In this document: positions 31,889 to 44,560 of the stretch, in pieces
Numbering within the stretch: position 1 is the stretch's first letter
Layout: each line of letters opens with the position of its first letter
Source of the DNA: an uncultured Gemmatimonadaceae bacterium
Lineage (GTDB): Bacteria; Gemmatimonadota; Gemmatimonadetes; Gemmatimonadales; Gemmatimonadaceae
Length of the DNA: 64,000 nucleotides
Reading direction: 5' to 3'
NCBI GenBank assembly: GCA_963843845.1
Contig: CAWJMB010000007.1
Span: forward strand, 1 to 64,000
The notes under the pieces: generated by a model
What the model saw: the letters and a program-made list of their open reading frames with translations, nothing else
Told to the model about the DNA's origin: nothing
Databases searched by the model: none
Position numbers and translations under genes: made by a program

Positions 31889-33327
31889 ATGACGACCGCA
31901 ACCGTCACCTCGACAGAACCGATCGCTCGCAACCGGCGGCCGTACGACAGCGTCCTCGACACGATCGGGTGGACGCCGCTCATCCGGCTGAACCGCGTCG
32001 CGCGCGGCATCCGCACGCCGGTGTACGGCAAGGCCGAGTTCTTCAATCCGGGCGGGAGCGTGAAGGACCGCATCGGGATGCCGATCATCGAGGCGGCGGA
32101 GCGCTCGGGCGCGCTCAAGCCGGGCGGCACGATCGTCGAGGGGACGAGCGGCAACACCGGCGTCGGCGCTCGCGATCGCGGCGGCGATGCGCGGCTACCG
32201 CTGCATCTTCACGATGCCCGACAAGATGTCGCAGGAGAAGGTGCGGCTGCTGAAGGCGTTCGGCGCGGAGGTCATCATCACGCCGACCGCGGTGCCGCCC
32301 GACCATCCCGACAACTACGTCATGATGGCGAAGCGGATCGCGGAGCAGACGCCGAACGCGATCCTCGCGAACCAGTTCTACAACCAGGCGAACCCCGAGG
32401 CGCACTACGCGACGACGGGCCCCGAGCTGTGGGAGCAGACCGAGGGGCGCATCACGCACTTCGTCGCCGCGGCCGGCACGGGCGGGACGATCACCGGCGT
32501 CGGGCGCTACCTCAAGGAGCGGAACCCGAACATCCAGATCATCGCCGGCGATCCCGCAGGGGTCGATCCTCGCGGAGCTGTGGCGCCGGCAGCGCGACGG
32601 CGTCGACGGCGAGCGGCCGGTGGGCACGCCGTACAAGGTCGAGGGGATCGGCCAGGACAAGCTGCCGAGCACGCTCGACCTCGGTGTGGTCGACGACGTT
32701 CCAGACGGTGAGCGACCGCGACGCGTTCGCGATGGCGCGGCGGCTGACGCGCGAGGAAGGGCTGTTCGTCGGCGGCTCGGCGGGGCTCATCGCGCACGTC
32801 GCGCTGCAGGTCGCGCGCGCGGTCGACGACCCCGACGCGTGCGTCGTGACGTTGCTCTGCGACACGGGCGAGCGCTACCTGTCGAAGCTCTACAACGACG
32901 AGTGGATGCGCGAGAACCAGCTGCTCGAGCCGGACCGCGCGACGCTCGGCCACCTGCTCGCGCAAGCGCGGCGACGGCGTGCCGGCGCTCGTGAGCACGG
33001 CGCCCGGCGCGCTCGTGCGGCAGGCGCTCGGCCTCATGCGGCTGCACGACGTGTCGCAGCTCCCCGTGATGGACGGCGACCAGTGCGTCGGCAGCGTCAC
33101 CGAGTATCACCTCACGACGCGCGGTCTCGAGAGCACGCCGCTTCCTCGACGCGACGGTGGGCGAGGTGATGGACGAGGCGTTCCCGACGGTCGACGCCGC
33201 GCAGCCGGTGGACACGGTCCCGAAGCTGCTGTCGAAGGCGACGCCGGCGCTGCTCGTGACCGAGGGCGGCCGCGTCACCGGCATCGTCACGCGGAGCGAC
33301 ATGCTGGAGTTCGTGATGTCGCGGTAG
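31889..33327 (+). CDS. Cystathionine beta-synthase family PLP enzyme with C-terminal CBS domains (frameshifted)
   Basis: [54 protein letters not shown]. Confidence 0.9.
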
Positions 33328-33332
33328 GCGCC

Positions 33333-34385
<1,053 letters not shown>

Positions 34386-34473
34386 CGCTCGCGCGCCGCC
34401 CCGGAACCGAACGTCCGCGACGGTGTTTGCGTAGAGGGTGTCTCGCACTTCCTTCGCAGGTCAGAACGGTCCC

Positions 34474-35421
34474 ATGGCTTTCCCCGGGTCGTCCGACGAC
34501 TACTCGACCCCGCGGCTCACGCCCGCGGTGTCGTGGCTGATCGCGCTGAACGTCGCGATCTACTTCGTGCAGCTCACGCTGCAGAAGGACTTCCCGACGG
34601 TCCTCGGCTTCCAGGTCACCGACCTGCGGCGGCAGGCGCCGTGGACCGTGCTCACGTACATGTTCGTGCACGCCGGGTTCTGGCACCTCGCGCTGAACAT
34701 GTACACGCTGTGGGTGTTCGGGCCGCGCGTGGAGCGGGCGATGGGGACGCGGGCGTTCGCGCTGTTCTACACGTGGTGCGGGCTCGGCGGCGCGGCGTTC
34801 CACGGGCTGTTCGTGGGGCCAGACGCGCTGCTCGTCGGCGCGTCGGCGGCGATCTTCGGCGTCGTGCTCGCGTACGCGATGCGGTGGCCGGACGACGAGG
34901 CGTACTTCTTCGGCGTCGTGCCGATGAAGATGCGCTGGATGCTCTGGGCGATGGTCGTGACGAACGTCGGCATGGGCGCCGCGAGCATGGCGAGCGGCGA
35001 AGCGGGGGGCATCGCCTACGCCGCACACGTGGGCGGCCTCGCGTTCGGCCTCGCGTATCTGTTGTGGCCGAGCCCGCCATCGGTCGACCGGCTGCGCCAG
35101 CGCGTGTCGACGGCGCCCGACCTCGGCGACGAGCCGCCGCGCCCGGTGCCGCGGTCGATGCCGCGCCCGCGCGAGCGACAGAGCGAGGTCGACGAGGTCG
35201 TCGAGCAGAGCAAGGCGCTCACGCTGAACAAGCCGCCGCGCCCGGTGCTCCCGGCCCCGCCGCGCCCTGTCGCGCCGCCGCCGGTGCCGGTGCCGGTGCT
35301 CAGCCACCGCGAGGCGCTCGACCTGGTGCTCGACAAGATCTCGGAGCAGGGGCTGGCGAGTCTGACGCTCGAGGAGCGGTCGCTCCTCGACGAGATGAGT
35401 CGGACGTTGCGGGATCGCTGA
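34474..35421 (+). CDS. Rhomboid family intramembrane serine protease
   Basis: YMFVH, HLALNM, GASA catalytic Ser, AHVGG catalytic His; LDKIS..G..SL C-terminal domain. Confidence 0.92.
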   Translation: MAFPGSSDDYSTPRLTPAVSWLIALNVAIYFVQLTLQKDFPTVLGFQVTDLRRQAPWTVLTYMFVHAGFWHLALNMYTLWVFGPRVERAMGTRAFALFYTWCGLGGAAFHGLFVGPDALLVGASAAIFGVVLAYAMRWPDDEAYFFGVVPMKMRWMLWAMVVTNVGMGAASMASGEAGGIAYAAHVGGLAFGLAYLLWPSPPSVDRLRQRVSTAPDLGDEPPRPVPRSMPRPRERQSEVDEVVEQSKALTLNKPPRPVLPAPPRPVAPPPVPVPVLSHREALDLVLDKISEQGLASLTLEERSLLDEMSRTLRDR

Positions 35422-35451
35422 TCTCGGCGACGGCGCGGTTAGAATTGGAGT

Positions 35452-35851
35452 ATGCCGAAGCCCGAACTGCTGGAGACCTTCGCGAATCCGTATCCGGACC
35501 GCGACTACGAGATCGCGATGGAGACGGCGGAGTTCACGTCGCTCTGTCCGTTGGGCGGGATCGAAGGGGACGCGAGCGACCTCAAGGCGCTCGACGGCGG
35601 CGCGCCCGGACTTCGCGACGATCCGGATCCGCTACGTGCCGGCGGCGCAGTGCGTGGAGCTGAAGAGCCTCAAGCTCTACCTGTGGAGCTTCCGGAACGA
35701 CGGCATCTTCTACGAACGCGCCGTGAACCGCATCCTCGACGACCTCGGGGCGGCGGTACAGCCGAAGTCGATGGAGATCGTCGGGGACTTCAACGTGCGC
35801 GGCGGGATCAAGTCGGTGATCTCGGCCCGATGGCCGCTGACGTCGGCGTGA
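35452..35851 (+). CDS. queF: preQ0 (7-cyano-7-deazaguanine) reductase, type I (frameshift near 35608)
   Basis: [33 protein letters not shown]ueF motif, FNVRGGI. Confidence 0.9.
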
Positions 35852-35922
35852 GGGCGGCGTGACGCGTCCGTCCCAGGTTGCTCGCGAGGCGCCGAGCGTC
35901 TAGACTTCGCCCTCGCTTCAGG

Positions 35923-35995
35923 GGCCAGGTAGCTCAGTTGGTAGAGCACCAGACTGAAAATCTGGGTGTCGTCGGTTCGATTCCGACCCTGGCCA
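35923..35995 (+). tRNA. tRNA-Phe (GAA), CCA not encoded
   Basis: GGCCAGG/CCTGGCC acceptor, GCTC/GAGC D-arm, CCAGA-CTGAAAA-TCTGG anticodon arm, GTCGG-TTCGATT-CCGAC T-arm. Confidence 0.97.
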
Positions 35996-36202
35996 CTTCG
36001 CCACCCCGGACGTGGCGCGACATCGCGGACAGCGAGATCGTCGCAATCGCTCCGAACGTCTCGAGCCGAACGTGTCGAGCGCCGCTGCCGCGCGGAATGA
36101 CGATCGCCGAGCGCGCCGGTTAGATAAGCTCCGTCAACGGACGCGTCGGACGGCTCGTGCATGGAGCCGCCGTGACCGGCGCCCATCGCGCGGAGAACCA
36201 GC

Positions 36203-36502
36203 ATGTCGCAACGCTTCGGCCGTTCGGGGCCTTCCTCGCGCCCGGCGCATCCCACCCCCTACACCGACTTCTTCGACGGACTCGGCGCGGGGCTCAAACA
36301 CGTCAACCGAGCGAGCCAGGGGCTGCACACGCTCCTGCGTCGCCGAGCGGAGAGTGCGGACGTCGACCTGCGGGTCGACGGGCAGCCGTTCGACCCGGCG
36401 TTCCTGCCGGCGCTCATGGACGAGGTGATCGCCGCGGCGCTCGCGATGAAAGAGGCCGCGGAGCTGTACTCGAAGCGGCGCGGCGCCGTCGACCAGTGGT
36501 GA
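36203..36502 (+). CDS. Hypothetical helical protein
   Basis: 99-aa ORF with GGAG RBS and plausible codon usage; no recognised motif. Confidence 0.55.
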   Translation: MSQRFGRSGPSSRPAHPTPYTDFFDGLGAGLKHVNRASQGLHTLLRRRAESADVDLRVDGQPFDPAFLPALMDEVIAAALAMKEAAELYSKRRGAVDQW

Positions 36503-36790
36503 GCGAGGCGTAGGGGCAGGCGACGCTGGCGTCCATCCGGCTGAGTCGTCCCGGCCACGTGGCACCGCGACGACGCGGTGCCCTCCGCCGTATCGGCCTG
36601 GCGGCGCCGTGGGCGCGTGAACGCGAGACGCCGCGCTCGCACTCGTTCTGCCAGCACGTCGTCGCGCGTTCGCGCCGCGGCTCGCCGCGCTCGCCGCGCT
36701 CGCCGAGGCAGAATTCGGCGCGGCGGCGGACCGTGTGACGGGCCCATGGCTTGCCCTGTCTCACGGGCGAGGGTGACCCGGAGCGAGCCA

Positions 36791-37597
36791 ATGGCGACGA
36801 AGCACGTGATCGAGGCGCGCAGGACGGTGGACCGGGTGGTGGCGGAGTCGGAGCGCACGGAGCGCGAACGGATCGAGGGCGCCGCGACGCGCGCCGCGGT
36901 GCGCCGGGTGCGTGAGCTGCGGCGACGGCGGGGGGTTCGCCGGTTCGTCTACGAGAACGGCCTGTCGCTCGTCGCGACGGCGCTCTTCGCCCTCTCGTTC
37001 GTCGGCCAGGTGCTCACCGGCCGCGCGGAGTACAACGACGAGCGGCGCGACCACGGCCAGCCGTCGGTGTCGGTCGCCGGCTACCTGCGGACGGGCGCGT
37101 TCGTCGAAGCGACGGCGGAGAACTGGGAGTCGGAGTTCCTGCAGATGGGCCTCCTCGTCGTCCTCACGGCGATGCTCTACCAGCGTGGCTCGTCGGAGTC
37201 GAAGAGCATCGAGGAGCCGGCGGCGGTCGATCAGCGCCCCGAAGTGGCACGTGGCGACCCGGACGCGCCGTGGCCGGTGCGACGCGGGGGCGTCGCGCTC
37301 GCGCTGTACAAGCACTCGCTGAGCCTCGTACTCTTCCTGCTGTTCGCTGCGTCGTTCGTGCTGCACGCGTTCGGCGGAGCGGCGCAGTACAACGAAGAGC
37401 AGCGTCAGCACGCAGGCGCGACCGTCTCCGCACTCGGCTTCGCCGGCACGAGCACGTTCTGGTTCCAGTCGTTCCAGAACTGGCAGAGCGAATTTCTGTC
37501 GGTCGGCGTGCTCGTCGTGCTCTCGATCTGGTTGCGCGAACAGGGGTCGCCGCAGTCGAAACCCGTCGCCGCAGGGTATGACGAGACGGGAGAGTGA
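36791..37597 (+). CDS. Membrane protein, DUF6766-like
   Basis: Internal duplication ENWESEFLQ / FQNWQSEFL, RGSSESK / QGSPQSKPV, WPVRRGG. Confidence 0.8.
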   Translation: MATKHVIEARRTVDRVVAESERTERERIEGAATRAAVRRVRELRRRRGVRRFVYENGLSLVATALFALSFVGQVLTGRAEYNDERRDHGQPSVSVAGYLRTGAFVEATAENWESEFLQMGLLVVLTAMLYQRGSSESKSIEEPAAVDQRPEVARGDPDAPWPVRRGGVALALYKHSLSLVLFLLFAASFVLHAFGGAAQYNEEQRQHAGATVSALGFAGTSTFWFQSFQNWQSEFLSVGVLVVLSIWLREQGSPQSKPVAAGYDETGE

Positions 37598-38805
37598 ACG
37601 GTATGGCGCCACGGCACGACGCGGTAGCACGCGACTCGACAGGGAGCGACTCGGCGCGGAGCGACTCGGCGCGGCTCTACCGCATGCTCGTCGAGAGCGT
37701 CCGCGACTACGCGATCTTCGCGATCGACCCTGACGGCTACGTCCTGACCTGGAACGCCGGCGCCGCGCGCCTGAAGGGGTACCGCGGCGACGAGATCATC
37801 GGCCAGCACTTCTCGCGCTTCTACACGGCCGAGCGCGTCGCCGAAGGCTTCCCGCAGTACGAGCTCGAAGTCGCGCAGCGCGACGGCCGCTTCGAGGACG
37901 AGGGGTGGCGCGTCAGAAAAGACGGCACGCACTTCTGGGCGAACGTCGTCATCACCGCGCTCCGCGACGTCGACGGCCAGCTCATGGGCTTCGCGAAGGT
38001 CACCCGCGACCTGACCGAGCGCCGCGCCGCGCAGGAGCGCGCGATCCTCGACGCGCGCCGCCTCGCCGAGGTGGAAGCGGGGAGCCGCGCGCGGAGCGAG
38101 TTCCTGACGGCGATGTCGCACGAGCTCCGCACCCCGATCAACGCGACCCTCGGCTACCTCGAGCTGATCGAGCTCGGGATCGGCGGCACCGGCGGGGCGA
38201 CCCCACCGCGGCAGCAGGACTACCTGCGCCGCATCCGCGGTAGTCAGCAGCACCTGCTGCGCATCGTCACCGACCTGCTGGACTACGGTCGGATCGAAGC
38301 CGGGCGCATCGCGTACGACCGCGCTCCCGTCTCGCTCGGCGGCGTCATTCGCACGGTGCTGCCGATGATCGAGCCGCAGGCGGCGGCGAAGGGGCTCGTG
38401 CTCGACGGCGATGGCGTGGGCACCCCCGATCGCAGCGACGATCGCAGCGACGACGCCATCGCGCTCGGCGACCGCGGGCGGATCGAGCAGATCGTGCTGA
38501 ACCTGCTGTCGAACGCCGTGAAGTTCACGCCGCCCGGTGGGCGCGTGGTCGTGCGCTGTCTCGTGACCGAGGAGCGCGCCGTCGTCGCGGTGGACGATAC
38601 GGGGCCCGGAGTGCCGGCGAGCGAGCAGGAGGCGATCTTCGAGCCGTTCGTGCAGCTCGGGCGGACGCTGACGAGCGGGCACGAGGGGACCGGGCTGGGG
38701 CTCGCGATCAGCCGCGAGATGGCGCGGGGGATGGGCGGAGAGCTCGAGGTCGAGAGCGGGACCGGGTCGGGAGCGACGTTTCGGCTCGTGTTGGCGCGAG
38801 GGTAG
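37594..38805 (+). CDS. PAS-domain sensor histidine kinase
   Basis: DYAIF..D..G....WNAGA PAS; SHELRTP; NLLSNAVKFT; DTGPG; GTGLGL. Confidence 0.93.
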   Translation: MNGMAPRHDAVARDSTGSDSARSDSARLYRMLVESVRDYAIFAIDPDGYVLTWNAGAARLKGYRGDEIIGQHFSRFYTAERVAEGFPQYELEVAQRDGRFEDEGWRVRKDGTHFWANVVITALRDVDGQLMGFAKVTRDLTERRAAQERAILDARRLAEVEAGSRARSEFLTAMSHELRTPINATLGYLELIELGIGGTGGATPPRQQDYLRRIRGSQQHLLRIVTDLLDYGRIEAGRIAYDRAPVSLGGVIRTVLPMIEPQAAAKGLVLDGDGVGTPDRSDDRSDDAIALGDRGRIEQIVLNLLSNAVKFTPPGGRVVVRCLVTEERAVVAVDDTGPGVPASEQEAIFEPFVQLGRTLTSGHEGTGLGLAISREMARGMGGELEVESGTGSGATFRLVLARG

Positions 38806-38832
38806 AGCGGACGGCGCGGCGGGACTCGACGC

Positions 38833-41831
38833 TCAGGGCAGCGGCGCGGCGTCCGTGGCAGCGGCAGGCAGCGTGATCGTGAACGTCGATCCGACGCCCA
38901 CCACGCTCTCGACGGTCAGCGTCCCTCCCATCCCCTCGGCCAGGTCGCGGCTGATCGCGAGGCCGAGTCCCGAACCGTCGCGCGACCGCGTGAGCCGCGA
39001 GTCGACCTGCACGAACGGCTCGAAGATCGCCGAGAGCCGCTCGGCGGGGATGCCGATGCCGGTGTCGCGCACGGAGATCGCGACGCGCGATGCATCGGCC
39101 GCGTCGCGCAGACAGTGCACCGCGATCGTTCCCGGCGTGTCGGTGAACTTGACGGCGTTCGTCAGGAGGTTCACGAGGATCTGCTGCAGCTTGTCGCGGT
39201 CCGCGCGCACGGCGAGCGGCGGACCGTCGTGGCGCCATGCCGTCGGGCGCCATGCCGTCGGGCGCCATGCCGTCGGGCGCCATGCCGGTCGGCGCTGCCT
39301 CGGGCCACGGCGCGTCGTAGACGAGCCCGCGCGCGCGGGCCTGCGGGCCGACGAGCAGCTCGACGTCTTCGAGGACCGGCGCGAGTGGCACGTCGCGCAC
39401 GTCGTACTCGACGCGCCCGGCCTCGAGCTTCGCGAAGTTCAGCACGTCGGTGATGAGGCCCAGGAGGTGCTGCTGGCTGCGCCGGATGCGATCGAGGTCG
39501 CCGAGCTGCTGGTCCGTCACGGGGCCGCGGATGCCTAACGCGATCAGCTCGGCGTAGCCGCCGATCGCGTTCAGCGGGGTGCGCAGCTCGTGACTCATGT
39601 TCGCGAGGAACTGGCTCTTCGCCTGGTTCGCCGCCTCGGCGCCGCTCCGCGCCTCCTCCGCCTCGACGCGCGCGGCCTCGGCGGCGGCGCGCAGCGCGCG
39701 CTCGGTCTCGAACGCGCGCGCGGCCTCCGCGGCGGGCCACAGCCGCGCCGCCGCCGCCTGCACGAGCTCGACCTCGCGCGCCGACCACGCACGCGGCACG
39801 TCCTCGGTGACCGCGAGCGAGCCGACGAGCTGGCCACGCCGCACGAGCGGCACGCTCACGAGGGCGCGCACGCCGATGGGCGCGTAGTGCGTCGCGTGCC
39901 ACGCCGCGGTCCGCGCGTCCGCGGCCGTGTCGTCGACGACGACCGTTCGCCCCGCGACCTGCTCGTCGATCAGCGACGGGGGACGGTCGGGGAGGATGTC
40001 GCCGCTCGTCAGCGCGCCCGCGCCGCGCACGTGATCGTGCCGCACGGACGACTCGCGCCGATCGACGTCTCCCATCTCTGTGACGATGCACCGCGCGGCG
40101 CCGAGGTACCGCACGAGCCGGCCCTGCGCCTCGTCGAACAGCGCGTCGGCCGAACCGGGCTGCTGCATCGCCGCGGCGAATGCGAACAGGAACTCGCGGT
40201 CCGCCTCGGCGCGGACCGAGGCGGTCACGTCCTCGGCCGTCGTGCCGACGGCGATGATCTCGCCGTCCGCGCGCGCGCCGCGCCGCACCGGGAAGTAGCT
40301 CGCCTTGAAGTGCCGCACGCCGCCGAGCGCCGCGGGGCGGTCTTCGACGAGGTCGAGATTCCGCAGCGCTTCGCCGGTCGCGAGCACGCGCTCGAACATC
40401 GCGTTCACCGGCCCGGCGATGCGCGGCAGCACCTCTTCGATGCGCCGCCCGAGGTGCGCCGACACCGGCAGGCCGTTGATGCGCGCCAGCTCCTCGTTGA
40501 TCCGCAGGTAGCGCAGGTCGCGGTCGAAGAACGCGAGCCCCACCGGCGCGCTGGCGAACACGCCGTCGAGGAGCCCGAACGAGTCGGCCACTTCGTCGGC
40601 CAGCTGCGCGCGGGCGAGCGCCTGGGCCGCCTGCCGGCCGAACGCGAGGAAGAACGCGCGGTCGTCGTCGGTGAAGCGCCGCGGCGCGTCGAACAGGAGC
40701 GGCGTCGCGCCGACGACCTGGCCTGCCGCGACGAGCGGGATCGTGGCGGCCGCGTGCACGCCCATCCGCTCCCAGACGTCGGCCACCCACGGAAAGCGTG
40801 CGCGCATCCCGTCGTCGCCGTCGCGCGATTCGATGAACACCGGCTCGCCCGTGCGGAGCGCGTGCCCGGTCGGCCCCGGCAACGAGATGGGAAAGCGCGC
40901 GTAGTCGAGCGCGACGTCCGGATCGAAGCCACCGTGCCGCACCATCGCCGCCTCGTTCGTGCCGGTGAGGCGCACGGCGAGCGAGCCGGCGACGGCGCCT
41001 GTCGCGGCGAACCCTTCGTCGACGACGACGCGCGCCACGTCGTCGACCGTCCGCGCGCCGGCGAGCGCAGAGGCGAGCGACAGCAGACTCGCGCCGCGCG
41101 CCGTCGTCGCCGCGAGCTCCGCGCGTTCGGCGCGCAGCATCATGACCAGCGCCGCCGAGGCGTCGGCCGCAGCGGCGAGCCGGCCGTTCGCGACGCGCAG
41201 CGCGATCTCGGTCGTCGCGGCGCGTCCGAGATCGCCGAGCAGCGCGACGTCGTCCGCACTCCAGGCGCGCGCGCGCAGGTCCATCACGCACACCGTCCCG
41301 ATCGGCTGGCCGTCGAGCAGGATCGGCACGCCGGCGTATGCGTGCACGCCGAGCTGCGTGACCGAGGCCATGTCGCGTGTGCGCGGATCGAGGCGCGTGT
41401 CCGGAATCACGAGCGCCCCGGGCGATCCGTCGCCTGCCGCGAGCGCGCCGAGCGCCGCGTCGGCGATCGTGAGCCGGCAGAACGAGACGTCGAGTGGTGT
41501 CTCGCGCCGTTCTGCGAGCTCCGCCGGCATCCCGACGCACGCCGTGTAGAACTGCCGCTCGGCGTCGACGAGCGTGACGGTGGCGACCGGTGCGCTCAGC
41601 AGCCGCGCCGCGAGCGCCGCGATCCGGTCGAACGACGCCTCCGGAGGCGAGTCGAGCAGCCCGGTCGCGCGGAGCGCCGCGAGGCGCGCCGGGTCATGCA
41701 CGACGCGCTGGACGTCGCGCTCGCTGTCGCGTGGCGCGTCGCGTGGCGCGTCGCGCTGGCGCGTCGCGCTGGACGTCGCGCGGCACGGAACGGTGTGCCG
41801 TTTCCGGCACGGCGGCCTCGTGCGAGCGCAT
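38833..41831 (-). CDS. Soluble multi-sensor histidine kinase GAF-GAF-PAS-GAF-HisKA-HATPase (frameshift near 39225; start uncertain)
   Basis: DPARLAALRATGLLD GAF; APVGLAFFD PAS; SHELRTPLN; NLLTNAVKFT; DTGIGIP; GSGLGL. Confidence 0.9.
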
Positions 41832-41861
41832 GGCGGAACATAACGTGCCCACCCGCCGCTC

Positions 41862-42254
41862 ATGACTCACCCGCGCTGGATCGGGCGCGCGCTGGCCGCG
41901 ATCGCGCTGCTGCACTGTGTCTACGGAGCCGTACACTGGCGCGCCCCGCTCGCCGCGATGCTCGCCGACGGCCTCTGGAACTCGCTCGGCGACGACCCGG
42001 CGCGACTGGCGGGGTTCTGGTTCCAGGTCGCCGGGTGGATCCTCTTCCTCGTCGCGGCGCTCGCGGACGCCACGGAGCGGCGCGGCGACGGGCTGCCGCC
42101 GGCGTTCACGTGGGGGCTGCTCGCGAGCGCGATCGTCGGCTGCGTCGTCTTCCCGCGGTCGGCGTACTGGCTCGTGCTCGCGGTCGCGGTCGGCGCACTC
42201 GTGGGTGACCGCGCGACGCCGACCGTGGCCGAGCGCCGGCGCGCCGCCCCATGA
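41862..42254 (+). CDS. Small membrane protein, DUF6463-like
   Basis: Four hydrophobic segments, FWF..AG and P.SAYWL motifs. Confidence 0.65.
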   Translation: MTHPRWIGRALAAIALLHCVYGAVHWRAPLAAMLADGLWNSLGDDPARLAGFWFQVAGWILFLVAALADATERRGDGLPPAFTWGLLASAIVGCVVFPRSAYWLVLAVAVGALVGDRATPTVAERRRAAP

Positions 42255-43027
42255 ACGACGCGTCGCGCGCCGCGCCGCAGCGCCGCGCCTTCCTGTCGGC
42301 GCAGTGGCGGTACCTGTTGATGCTGAACTACGACGTTCCCGCCGAGGTGCTGGAGCCGCTCGTGCCGGCGGGCACGGTGCTCGATCGCTGGCGGGGGCGT
42401 GCGCTCGCGAGCGTCGTCGGCTTCCGCTTTCTTCGCACGTCCGTCCTCGGCGTGCCGGTGCCGTTCCACCGCGACTTCGACGAGGTGAATCTGCGCTTCT
42501 ACGTGAAGCGGACGATCGCTGGCGGGGAAGTGCGGCGCGGCGTCGTGTTCGTGCGCGAGCTCGTGCCGCGCCGCGCGATCGCCGCCGTGGCGCGGCTCGT
42601 CTACAACGAGCCGTATCGCGCGGTGATGATGCGCAGCGCGGCGCCGGCCGGTCCGACCGACGCGCCGGGCCGAGTCTCGTACGCGTGGCGCGCGCGCCGC
42701 CGTGGCGCCGAGTGGGAGCATGTCGCGGCGACGGCGGTCGGCGCGCCCGCGGTCCCGCCGCTCGACGCCGAGGCGACGTTCGTCACCGAGCACTACTGGG
42801 GGTACACGCGCCAGCGCGACGGCGGCACGGTCGAGTACGAGGTCGCGCACCCGCGGTGGCGCGTGTGGAGCGCGGAGGCGCCGGAGCTTCGCGTGGACGT
42901 GGCCGCGCTGTACGGCCGGCCGTTCGCCGAGCCGTTGCGCGGGCTCCCGGCGTCGGCGTTCATCGCCGAGGGGTCGCCGGTCGTCGTGTATCGACCGAGG
43001 CGGCTGAGGGTGGCCGACACGCGGTAG
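42251..43027 (+). CDS. YqjF/DUF2071 family protein
   Basis: WRYLLMLNY, FDEVNLRFYV, FVTEHYWGY, YEVAHPRW. Confidence 0.85.
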   Translation: MNDASRAAPQRRAFLSAQWRYLLMLNYDVPAEVLEPLVPAGTVLDRWRGRALASVVGFRFLRTSVLGVPVPFHRDFDEVNLRFYVKRTIAGGEVRRGVVFVRELVPRRAIAAVARLVYNEPYRAVMMRSAAPAGPTDAPGRVSYAWRARRRGAEWEHVAATAVGAPAVPPLDAEATFVTEHYWGYTRQRDGGTVEYEVAHPRWRVWSAEAPELRVDVAALYGRPFAEPLRGLPASAFIAEGSPVVVYRPRRLRVADTR

Positions 43028-43063
43028 GCGCGGCCAGCACACGTCAGGCGCCGACCTTCGACG

Positions 43064-44281
43064 TCAGTCCTTGTACGGGTCGAACTCGTCCGCCCCCGCC
43101 ATGACGACGACGAGGGGCGTCAGCGTGTGCAGCACGTCGATCGTCTCGCCCTGCGCCGCGAGCACGTCGGGGAGCCGCCGGTAGACCTGCGGCGCCTCGT
43201 CGAGCCCGCCCCCGCGGAGCTGCACGCCTAACGGCGCGAGCCAGTCGCGCATCATCTCCTCGGAGATCAGCCCCGGCGAGACGACGCGCGCCTTCGGTCC
43301 CCACCCTTTCACCTTGCCGCGCGCCGCGGTGCGCGACATCACGCGTCCGGCGCCGTGCACGGTGGAGTAGAGCGCCGCGCGCTGCGTGTCGCTGTCGGCG
43401 GCGCTTCCGGCGAGGATCACCGACTCGTCGCCCATCGATCCGCCGACGAATCCGCGCTGCCCCGGAAACGCCGGCGTCGCGCCCTTGCGGACGACGACGA
43501 GCTCGCGCCCGTCGTGCGCTTCCTTCCAGGCGAAGTTGTGGTGGTTGTGCACGAGCTCCAGCTCGCGCCCGCCGAGGAGCTCGACGACCTTGCGCGCGAC
43601 CCACTCGCGGCCGGCGTACGCGTACTCGCCGGCGAGCGACATGAGCGACCAGTAGCCGTCGCCGACCGGCGTCGCGAGGTCGAGCAGCGCCTCGCGCTCC
43701 GGCACGCGTGCCCCCCACGCCGCGCCCTGCGACAGCGCGAGGAAGCCGGACGCGATGGTGTGGCCGAGCCCGCGCGAGCCGAAGTGGACGCCGACCCAGA
43801 CGGCGCCCGTCTCGTCGGCGAACACGTCGACGTAGTGATTGCCGCTGCCGACGGTGCCGAACTGGGCGCGCGCTTTCGCCTGGAGCGTCTCGCGGTTGGC
43901 CGCCTTCGGCAGCGCGTTCCACGCCGGCGACGCGAACAGTGGGTGGTCGGTCGGCGCCTCGTCGTCGCGGTTGTGGCGGCCGACGCCGAACGCGACGGCG
44001 CGCTGGATCTCGTCGGCGACATGCGACCAGTCGTCCGGCGCGAAGTCGTGGACCATGCGATCGGTGCGGATGGCCGCGTTGCCGCACCCGATGTCGAAGC
44101 CGACGCCGACGACCGACACCTGGTTGTCGTACGCCGCGACGCCGCCGATCGGCATCACGTACCCGACGTGCCCGTCGCCCATCAGCGCGACGCGCTCGGC
44201 GCGCGACGCGACGTCTCGAAGCTGCTTCAGCGTGGTCTCGTCATGCGTGCCGAAGACGGCACCGACGTTCGTGTCGCTCAT
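43064..44281 (-). CDS. rtcB: RtcB family RNA ligase
   Basis: DGHVGY..PIG, VGFDIGCG, GSGNHY, VHFGSRG, HHNF, RKGAT, HGAGR, DEAP.VY. Confidence 0.95.
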   Translation of the reverse strand: MSDTNVGAVFGTHDETTLKQLRDVASRAERVALMGDGHVGYVMPIGGVAAYDNQVSVVGVGFDIGCGNAAIRTDRMVHDFAPDDWSHVADEIQRAVAFGVGRHNRDDEAPTDHPLFASPAWNALPKAANRETLQAKARAQFGTVGSGNHYVDVFADETGAVWVGVHFGSRGLGHTIASGFLALSQGAAWGARVPEREALLDLATPVGDGYWSLMSLAGEYAYAGREWVARKVVELLGGRELELVHNHHNFAWKEAHDGRELVVVRKGATPAFPGQRGFVGGSMGDESVILAGSAADSDTQRAALYSTVHGAGRVMSRTAARGKVKGWGPKARVVSPGLISEEMMRDWLAPLGVQLRGGGLDEAPQVYRRLPDVLAAQGETIDVLHTLTPLVVVMAGADEFDPYKD

Positions 44282-44319
44282 GGACGGTCACGTGTGGAGT
44301 GGCGATCCGAACGACGCGG

Positions 44320-44335
44320 TGCAAGTGACGGTCCG
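44320..44335 (-). promoter_or_regulatory. Possible sigma54 -24/-12 promoter of rtcB
   Basis: Minus-strand CGGACCG-TCAC-TTGCA (GG-N10-GC) 39 nt upstream of the ATG. Confidence 0.45.
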
Positions 44336-44560
44336 GGGTGCCTAACGCTTCACGAGTCGCTCGCGCCGAACAGCGCGACCTCGGCGCTGTGGTCCGTCCG
44401 GCGGGTCACGCCGGCGCGGTCGAGGTGGACGGCGGGCGGGACGCATGACGGGACGCGATCAGAGAGGGCCGAACGTAGCATTCGGCGTCGCGCTCGCCGC
44501 CCCGCTCGACGCGTGTGCTGCACGACCCACGACGATCCACGACCGACCCACGACCGACCC

